Positions 1 through 4,895 of a stretch of DNA of 7,604 nucleotides are shown here, one piece after another. The stretch is from an archaeon (lineage in GTDB: Archaea; Iainarchaeota; Iainarchaeia; Iainarchaeales; CSSED10-239), in assembly GCA_037147375.1 (NCBI GenBank), contig JBAWVI010000045.1:1-7604 (forward strand), written 5' to 3'. The notes under the pieces are model-generated. The model worked only from the letters and a program-made list of their open reading frames with translations, searched no databases and had not been told where the DNA came from. Made by a program: the position numbers and the translations under genes. Positions within the stretch are counted from its first letter, which is position 1. Every line of letters starts with the position of its first letter.

Positions 1-64
1 GTGCCTTTTCGTGTTTTGCTACGTCAGCCATCAACTCGTCAATTTTCTCTTTCACTTTAGCCAT
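1..64 (-). CDS. 5' end of an unidentified CDS running off the left edge (MAKVKEKIDELMADVAKHEKA...)
   Basis: Minus-strand ATG at 64..62, preceded by GGAGA (76..72) with a 7-nt spacer. The frame stays open to the window edge. I counted about 46% GC over 1-76, well above the rest of the window. Only 21 codons are visible, so no product can be called. Confidence 0.3.
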   Translation of the reverse strand, partial: MAKVKEKIDELMADVAKHEKA

Positions 65-84
65 TCGCTGGTCTCCTATAAATT

Positions 85-309
85 TTAAATTTGATCACTT
101 AATAAATACACTATATTGCACTTGAAACAATCTGTCAACAACTTTTTATAAAAACTACAAATTACAACCCATCTTTCAGAGTTATCTCCATCTCCATTAA
201 TTGGTTTTAATTCTTCTAAACTAAATTTCAATAATCCAAGATTACCATGTATAGATTCAAATAGACTCTTTACTAAGTCAACAGCTTGTATTTGTTTTGT
301 TGATGTCAT
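85..309 (-). CDS. hypothetical small protein (74 aa)
   Basis: ORF-track ORF with ATG at 309..307, preceded by GTGAT with a 4-nt spacer, the same SD-like motif used by the housekeeping genes here. It lies 20 nt upstream of the next minus-strand start at 64, so the two look co-transcribed. I recognise no family. Confidence 0.5.
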   Translation of the reverse strand: MTSTKQIQAVDLVKSLFESIHGNLGLLKFSLEELKPINGDGDNSERWVVICSFYKKLLTDCFKCNIVYLLSDQI

Positions 310-522
310 TTAAATCACATCCTTTTTTATATAATATCAAAATGAAGACACAACTATTTTTAAATGTTTATGTAATTAGGATGATACTATATATAATAGG
401 AGTAGTTAAGCTTATATTTGATTCTAAATCTTTTAAATTGGACTATGCAGGAACGAATAGATATTAATCTATAAACTAAGTATCAGGTACTGTTTTTAAT
501 ATCTTTTGATTATTATATTACT

Positions 523-657
523 ATGAAATGTTCTAAATGCTCTAAGAAAGCAGAATATGTAATAAATGAGAAAGGAAAGGATATTTATCTCTGTAAGGAG
601 CATTCAAGAGAGAAGCTAATTAAGGATAAGCTTAATTTTATACCAAGGATAGATTAA
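523..657 (+). CDS. zinc-ribbon-like micro-protein (44 aa, MKCSKCSKKAEYVINEKGKDIYLCKEHSREKLIKDKLNFIPRID)
   Basis: Hand-translated ORF below the ORF-track length cutoff. It has CxxC at residues 3-6 and CxxH at residues 24-27. Its stop (655-657) lies 2 nt before the ATG of the next gene at 660, which suggests translational coupling. No SD-like motif, so it may be leaderless. Confidence 0.4.
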   Translation: MKCSKCSKKAEYVINEKGKDIYLCKEHSREKLIKDKLNFIPRID

Positions 658-659
658 TT

Positions 660-860
660 ATGGACGTGGAGAATTGGTTAACTATTGGTGGGCTAATTGC
701 TATTGTTGTAGTTATTGGATTAATTATCTATCATTATAGTCATCCAAATTCATATGCCTTGTTTTGGGCTGGTTTTATTACTGGAATTATAACTATTGCT
801 GTAGTTGCAGTAATTGGCTTTGGCATCTATATGTGGATAGATAAAATCAAGAAAAATTAA
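660..860 (+). CDS. small integral membrane protein, two predicted TM helices (66 aa)
   Basis: ORF-track ORF with two long hydrophobic stretches (LTIGGLIAIVVVIGLIIY and FWAGFITGIITIAVVAVIGFGIYMW) and a basic C-terminus (KIKKN). AAGGATAG lies upstream of the ATG. Confidence 0.6.
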   Translation: MDVENWLTIGGLIAIVVVIGLIIYHYSHPNSYALFWAGFITGIITIAVVAVIGFGIYMWIDKIKKN

Positions 861-923
861 GGGCTTTCACCTCTAACTACTAAGCCCACCAAGGGCTTTT
901 ACCTTTAACAACTAAGCCTACCA
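859..923 (+). repeat. two tandem 32-nt hairpin units, each followed by ACCA
   Basis: Unit 1 (859-890) is AAGGGCTTTCACCTCTAACTACTAAGCCCACC. Unit 2 (891-922) is AAGGGCTTTTACCTTTAACAACTAAGCCTACC. Each has a 6-bp stem (GGGCTT / AAGCCC or AAGCCT) around a 15-nt loop. ACCA follows at 888-891 and 920-923. The array starts within the stop codon of the 660..860 gene and ends 35 nt from the 3' end of the RelA/SpoT gene. Confidence 0.75.
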
Positions 924-957
924 CAATATGGAATTTATTTGCTTCTTTTTCATTATT

Positions 958-2127
958 TCATTTGTATTTATTTAATATTATTTCTAAATATTTTATGAAT
1001 TCTTTTGTGTCTAAAAAATAATTAGGATATGCCTTTTTTAGGTCTTGTATATTGTCTGCACTAACCAAAACCACATCATATTCCTTTCGATTATAAATCT
1101 TTTTTTCTGCTTTAGAATATGCTATAAGTGCTTCTTTTTCTTGTTTTTTATTAAATGCAGTAATGTTTAATCTTTCCAGTATTGTGTCTAATTCTAAAAG
1201 ATAAAAGTACATATTTTTTTTATTTTTAAAATTATCAAAAGATTTTATTGATTCAGTCCAATGTTTCATTTTTTTAATAACTTGTAATTCTTGTTCTTTT
1301 TGTTTTATTTGTAAATAAAGTTCTTTTTCATTTTCCGGAGTCCCTGATATAATAGGTGTATTTTCTAATTTAGCAAATGCAGAACTTACTAATTTAAAGA
1401 AGATTTTCCAATTTTCTTCACCTTGATTAGATTTAATAGCCTGCCTTGTGAAAAAATCAACTGTTTCAACAGCAGTTGCCCAAAGATGTTGTAGTTTTGA
1501 TCTTATTTGAACCTCAACTAACAAGTCATTATATTTATCTTTACCTTTATCACTTTTATACTTATATATTATATGTATACTTCTATATCCGTCTTGCTTT
1601 GGGTATAAAATATAATTTTTTTCATTTACTTTTTTGTGTTTTAAATCCCCATTTAAATAATACTTTTTATATAGTTCTGTTGCTAATTTAATATTTGACA
1701 TTACTACCCTACATCCTGCGATATCTTGCATTTGGGTTAATTTCATTGTTGGTTTGTTATTATTATATCTTCTTTTTAGTTTTTTGAGTATTGATGAAAC
1801 TCTCTTTAATCTTTGAGCAGATAATGCGTTTTTATCTATTTTTTCTGAAACTCTTTTCAATCTTTTCTTAAATACATTTAATGGATAATTGTGTGCTCCT
1901 TTCCAGTTACTTACTTGTTCTAAAGCATTATTTATTTCTTCTTCTGAATGGTGTTTGTCATCACAAAGAATTATAGCTGAATTATTTATTTTTGATTTTG
2001 AAAGGTTTATAATATCTAATTGTTTCATAACCATATATTCTATCATAATTCTTTTAAATATATCTAATTGCGCAGTATTTATTAAAAACAAGTATCTAAT
2101 TGCGCGGAATGTAATTATGTGATCCAT
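958..2127 (-). CDS. RelA/SpoT-domain nucleotide pyrophosphokinase (small alarmone synthetase / toxSAS-like) with an uncharacterised ~150-aa C-terminal domain
   Basis: RSH synthetase motifs are intact in order: a basic ATP-binding patch (SAQRLKRVSSILKKLKR), DIAGCRVV, GYRSIHIIY and VEVQIRSKLQHLWATAVE. The N-terminal segment (LSKSKINN...NWKGAHNYPL) resembles stand-alone RelA/SpoT-domain proteins. The start is uncertain. Alternative ATGs lie at 2046, 2034 and 2028 (M28, M32, M34), and the first 27 codons overlap DNA repeats that sit in different reading frames. Confidence 0.85.
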   Translation of the reverse strand: MDHIITFRAIRYLFLINTAQLDIFKRIMIEYMVMKQLDIINLSKSKINNSAIILCDDKHHSEEEINNALEQVSNWKGAHNYPLNVFKKRLKRVSEKIDKNALSAQRLKRVSSILKKLKRRYNNNKPTMKLTQMQDIAGCRVVMSNIKLATELYKKYYLNGDLKHKKVNEKNYILYPKQDGYRSIHIIYKYKSDKGKDKYNDLLVEVQIRSKLQHLWATAVETVDFFTRQAIKSNQGEENWKIFFKLVSSAFAKLENTPIISGTPENEKELYLQIKQKEQELQVIKKMKHWTESIKSFDNFKNKKNMYFYLLELDTILERLNITAFNKKQEKEALIAYSKAEKKIYNRKEYDVVLVSADNIQDLKKAYPNYFLDTKEFIKYLEIILNKYK

Positions 2128-2216
2128 TTTCGGTAAGTACCTATATATATTGGCTTTTTCACGGATTGTTTTTTAAATGTCGTTCGTAAAATAAGAGTAA
2201 GTAGCAAATTGCGCGG
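2013..2216 (-). promoter_or_regulatory. array of repeated TATCTAATTG(CGC) / AATTGCGCGG motifs across the 5' end and upstream region of the RelA/SpoT gene (candidate operator sites)
   Basis: There is a perfect 13-mer TATCTAATTGCGC at 2061-2073 and 2093-2105, 32 nt apart. The 10-mer TATCTAATTG recurs at 2013-2022. AATTGCGCGG occurs at 2098-2107 and 2207-2216, with a degenerate AATTTGCG near 2238-2245. GCGC-containing words are otherwise rare in this AT-rich DNA. Confidence 0.4.
2141..2153 (-). promoter_or_regulatory. TATA-box-like element upstream of the RelA/SpoT gene
   Basis: The minus strand reads GAAAAAGCCAATATATATAGG, a purine-rich BRE-like run followed by TATA. It ends about 14 nt from the ATG at 2127. 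With typical archaeal spacing the TSS would fall at or just inside that ATG. This implies either a leaderless mRNA or use of a downstream ATG. Confidence 0.3.
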
Positions 2217-2302
2217 TTTTGTTATTTTAAATGTATTAATTTGCGTATTTTCACTTGGTGGTAGAGGTTCCTTTGGAAATGGCTGATAAAGGATAATTAT
2301 TT

Positions 2303-2353
2303 AAGGGCTTTTACTTTTAACTAATAAGCCTACAAGGGCTCTTTAACTTTAAG
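2303..2353 (+). repeat. one full 31-nt unit plus one truncated unit of the same hairpin repeat seen at 859-923
   Basis: Unit 3 (2303-2333) is AAGGGCTTTTACTTTTAACTAATAAGCCTAC, followed by ACAA rather than ACCA. Unit 4 (2334-2353) is AAGGGCTCTTTAACTTTAAG and lacks the 3' stem arm. Orientation matches the left copies, and the array ends 3 nt before the ATG at 2357. Confidence 0.7.
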
Positions 2354-2356
2354 AAA

Positions 2357-2956
2357 ATGATTATTATGAATGAATGGGAAAAAGCATATACAAATGGTTT
2401 TCTAGTAAATACTAATAAACCTAGTGAGGTTATTCTCTTAGCTCAAGATTTATTACCTAAGTCCGGTAAGGTTCTTGATATTGGGTGTGGAAATGGAAGA
2501 AACACAATCTACTTTGCAAATAAAGGTTACTTTGTAGATGCAATAGATATTGTTGATCTTGATTTTTTAAAAGAAATTCCAAAAGAGCTACTGCCTTTAG
2601 TAAATTACAAAAAAACATCTTGTCTTGATTATTCTTTTGATTCTAGATATGATATTATTGTTATGGCTAGATTAATTCAATACTTAACTGTAGATGAACT
2701 TGATTTACTTTTTAAAAAAGCTATATCTTCTCTTAAAAAAGAAGGATATATCTTATTATCTTATTCAGCAACAGGAAAAGCAATTTCTGAAAAGTATGGA
2801 GTAAACAAGTACAATCACCCCCTATCTCTTGTTTTAGATTTAGTAGAAAAACATAATCTTAAGGTAATAACTCTTAAAGAAGGAAACAAGGTTGGTATCC
2901 ATCTTTCCTATAAAGAAGATGCAATAACTTATGATATTGTTCTTCAATTACTTTAA
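2357..2956 (+). CDS. class I SAM-dependent methyltransferase, TehB-like
   Basis: Motif I and its surroundings (KVLDIGCGNGRNTIYFANKGYFVDAIDI) closely resemble TehB-type methyltransferases (LDLGCGNGRNSLYLA..G..V.A.D). DIIVMARLIQYL and KKEGYILL fit later Rossmann-fold motifs. No SD is present. The adjacent repeat unit supplies a TTTTAACTAATAAG TATA-like element about 30 nt upstream, so the mRNA may be leaderless. Confidence 0.8.
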   Translation: MIIMNEWEKAYTNGFLVNTNKPSEVILLAQDLLPKSGKVLDIGCGNGRNTIYFANKGYFVDAIDIVDLDFLKEIPKELLPLVNYKKTSCLDYSFDSRYDIIVMARLIQYLTVDELDLLFKKAISSLKKEGYILLSYSATGKAISEKYGVNKYNHPLSLVLDLVEKHNLKVITLKEGNKVGIHLSYKEDAITYDIVLQLL

Positions 2957-3111
2957 ACCTAACTTAATCAAAACCTTTATATATTAGGCCTCACTTCCTC
3001 TAAAAACCGTAATCTTTAAAAGGTTAACTGGTTCTTTAATTATTTTATTATGATGTGTTCTAAAATATAGAATACATTGAAGATTGATTAACAAATGGTA
3101 GGAGAGTAATT

Positions 3112-3225
3112 ATGCCACAAGAATTTAAAAAGAAACCAACTGATGATGACGTTTATGATGATGATGACGACACTTCTGACTTTGAGGATACTGAAGAAGA
3201 AGACTCTGACGAAGACGATATTTAA
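3112..3225 (+). CDS. candidate hyper-acidic micro-protein (37 aa, MPQEFKKKPTDDDVYDDDDDTSDFEDTEEEDSDEDDI)
   Basis: Hand-translated ORF with GGAGAG 6 nt upstream of the ATG and AAAATATA about 45 nt upstream as a possible TATA box. 20 of 37 residues are Asp or Glu. Local GC is raised and GAC codons are used. The short length keeps confidence moderate. Confidence 0.4.
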   Translation: MPQEFKKKPTDDDVYDDDDDTSDFEDTEEEDSDEDDI

Positions 3226-3360
3226 GTTATAAATTTAATCTAACATGATAAGGAGATTAGATGTTTGCTTTTAGTAAAAAGCATCTTTTCTCACTTAATT
3301 CTTTTTTTAACAATATGAATTTAAACTTAATCTATTAGAATATATATTGGTGATAAGCTT

Positions 3361-4059
3361 ATGAATAAATATATGATACCTGTTTTATCTATAGTAGGAT
3401 TGATTGCAGTGATTTTAGTTTTTATGTTTGTAGTTAACACAAGCGCACCTAAATCTGGATACTTATATCTAACAGATCAAAATACAACAGATATAAATAA
3501 AATAAACAAAGATACTAATACAATTATAGGAAATGATGTAAATATGAATAATCAAAATGCAAATCCAATTTATGTAATTGAAACAAATAAAGGTAATATC
3601 GAAGTTGAACTTAATTTAACTAAGGCACCAACAACTGTTAAGAACTTTAAAGCTTACGTTTCTGGTGGATTTTATGATGGAACAGTTTTCCATAGAGTAA
3701 TTCCTGGTTTCATGATTCAAGGTGGAGGGTTTATTGCAGATGGTAATCAAAAAGAAACAATGCCTCCTATTGCTATTGAATCAAATAATGGTTTAAGTAA
3801 CTTAACAGGAACAATTGCAATGGCAAGAACAAATGATCCTAATTCTGCAACTTCTCAATTTTTTATAAACGTTGCAGATAATAAGTTTCTTGATTATAAA
3901 AATGAAGCAAATCCAGGATATACTGTGTTTGGTAAGGTAATCTCTGGAATGGATGTTGTAAAAGCAATTGAAGGTGTTCCAACCACAACAAAGTTTGGTG
4001 GATATGCAGATTGGCCAGTTGATAACGTAAAAATTACTAAGATATACTTAAAGCAATAA
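3361..4059 (+). CDS. cyclophilin-type peptidyl-prolyl cis-trans isomerase with N-terminal membrane anchor/signal and Asn-rich linker
   Basis: Contains [15 protein letters not shown] and [22 protein letters not shown], which are hallmark cyclophilin motifs. The N-terminus ([20 protein letters not shown]) is hydrophobic. GGTGAT lies 6 nt before the ATG. Confidence 0.9.
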   Translation: MNKYMIPVLSIVGLIAVILVFMFVVNTSAPKSGYLYLTDQNTTDINKINKDTNTIIGNDVNMNNQNANPIYVIETNKGNIEVELNLTKAPTTVKNFKAYVSGGFYDGTVFHRVIPGFMIQGGGFIADGNQKETMPPIAIESNNGLSNLTGTIAMARTNDPNSATSQFFINVADNKFLDYKNEANPGYTVFGKVISGMDVVKAIEGVPTTTKFGGYADWPVDNVKITKIYLKQ

Positions 4060-4074
4060 ATTCTGTGATTAGTT

Positions 4075-4263
4075 ATGGAATGTAAGAAAGAAGTTAATCT
4101 AAGATCTTGTCCTTGTACATATTCTTGTATAAGGAAAGGGATTTGTTGTGAATGTATTAAATACCACCGCAAGAACAAAGAGCTTCCAGCTTGTTACTTC
4201 TCAAAGGAACAAGAAAGAACTTATGATAGAAGCATAGAAAATTATCTTAAAACTAGAAAATAA
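4075..4263 (+). CDS. Cys-rich small protein (62 aa), DUF6485-like
   Basis: Eight Cys residues in the pattern C..(8)..CPCTYSCIRKGICCECIKYHR...LPACYF, which I recall from the small Cys-rich cytosolic-protein family of anaerobes. The family name is from memory and unverified. GTGAT lies 5 nt before the ATG, and the gene starts 15 nt after the cyclophilin stop. Confidence 0.65.
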   Translation: MECKKEVNLRSCPCTYSCIRKGICCECIKYHRKNKELPACYFSKEQERTYDRSIENYLKTRK

Positions 4264-4270
4264 AAAAAAT

Positions 4271-4894
4271 TTACTTCTTTTGCCCTAAAAGAAGCATGTG
4301 CTTTTTCTCAAATGGATCAAGCTTCTTTTGGTCTATTAGGTTGAAGTGTTTTCTGAAAAGTTCAAGTTGATCTTCTCTAAGATTTGAATCCTTCTTCTGA
4401 GTTAAAGCAGAGAGCTTTAAACTAAGCAGAACATACCCTTTTTCCTTTAAGAAAAGATCAGAGTTCTTAACTAATATTTCAACTTGATTTTTCTGAGCAA
4501 TATCTTGGATAATTAAATCAAACTTTTCTCCTGCAAGTGATTCAACATATGTTTCAGGCTTATTACAATCTCCAAGAAGAGGAATTAAGTTTGCTCTTTC
4601 AAGAGATAAAAGATAAAGCTTTTGCATTGAGTGTGCTGAGATATCTGCTCCAATAACAATTCCATTAGATGCAATATCAGATATAAAAGAAATTGTATAT
4701 CCTTCAGCAGCTCCAAGATAAAGAACCTTTGAGTTTTCATTTATTGGAAACTCTTTAATTCCTTTTTTAATTCCAGCAGCAACCTTTGAATGACTTGGAT
4801 CCCATATTCTTTTTTCACTTGAGTTAAGATCAATAGTTCCTATCATTCCATCTTTAATTATTAAATTTTTAATTTGGTTCATAATAGTTTTCAC
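4271..4894 (-). CDS. flpA: fibrillarin-like rRNA/tRNA 2'-O-methyltransferase (divergent)
   Basis: Alignable by eye along its length to archaeal fibrillarin: RIWDPSHSKVAAGIKKGI, KVLYLGAAEGYTISFISDI, NLIPLLGDCNKPETY, QDIAQKNQVEIL and LDPFEKKHM. The ORF-track start at 4894 is a GTG. ATG at 4882 (MNQIKN...) is more likely, because that GTGA would then be the SD-like motif 8 nt upstream. Confidence 0.85.
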   Translation of the reverse strand: MKTIMNQIKNLIIKDGMIGTIDLNSSEKRIWDPSHSKVAAGIKKGIKEFPINENSKVLYLGAAEGYTISFISDIASNGIVIGADISAHSMQKLYLLSLERANLIPLLGDCNKPETYVESLAGEKFDLIIQDIAQKNQVEILVKNSDLFLKEKGYVLLSLKLSALTQKKDSNLREDQLELFRKHFNLIDQKKLDPFEKKHMLLLGQKK

Positions 4895-4895
4895 A

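Noticed and set aside
859-923. Possible CRISPR array from the ~32-nt repeats
   Set aside because: The units are directly adjacent with no spacers. There are only two here and 1.6 at the second site, and no cas genes are present.
859-923. tRNA gene or tRNA 3' fragment serving as an att site
   Set aside because: Each hairpin-ACCA unit is only ~32 nt, with both acceptor-like arms separated by 15 nt. There is no D-arm, anticodon-arm or T-arm (no GTTCRANYC-type T-loop). It resembles a minihelix, not a tRNA remnant.
1476-2122. Plus-strand ORFs 1476..1691 and 1889..2122 inside the RelA/SpoT gene
   Set aside because: They lie antisense to a CDS with unmistakable family motifs. Their translations are low-complexity Leu/Ile/Phe/Tyr strings typical of shadow frames in AT-rich DNA.
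2128-2302. Separate small antitoxin or regulator ORF upstream of the RelA/SpoT gene
   Set aside because: The minus strand has no ATG at all in this interval. The plus strand has only ATG-ORFs of 5 codons or fewer. Any partner function here would have to be RNA- or DNA-level.
859-2353. Integron-style gene cassette with attC sites
   Set aside because: All units contain a YTTTAAC word reminiscent of the RYYYAAC core. However, there is no paired inverted GTTRRRY core or extended imperfect palindrome of attC type, and no intI-like gene in the window. The cassette idea is kept only in the generic sense.
2969-2985. BRE/TATA-like CAAAACCTTTATATATT downstream of the TehB-like gene, as a promoter for an ncRNA in 3005-3110
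   Set aside because: The motif is a good match to an archaeal promoter. However, I see no structured or conserved-looking RNA downstream, and the acidic micro-ORF has a closer TATA-like element. This cannot be supported without transcript data.
3050-3100. C/D box sRNA candidate starting at AUGAUGU (3050-3056)
   Set aside because: The C box is imperfect. No CUGA D or D' box occurs at the expected ~12-nt spacings, and no terminal complementary stem is present.
3894-4178. Minus-strand ORF overlapping the cyclophilin 3' end and the Cys-rich gene
   Set aside because: It is antisense to two well-supported CDSs, shows no recognisable motif, and has no SD-like signal.
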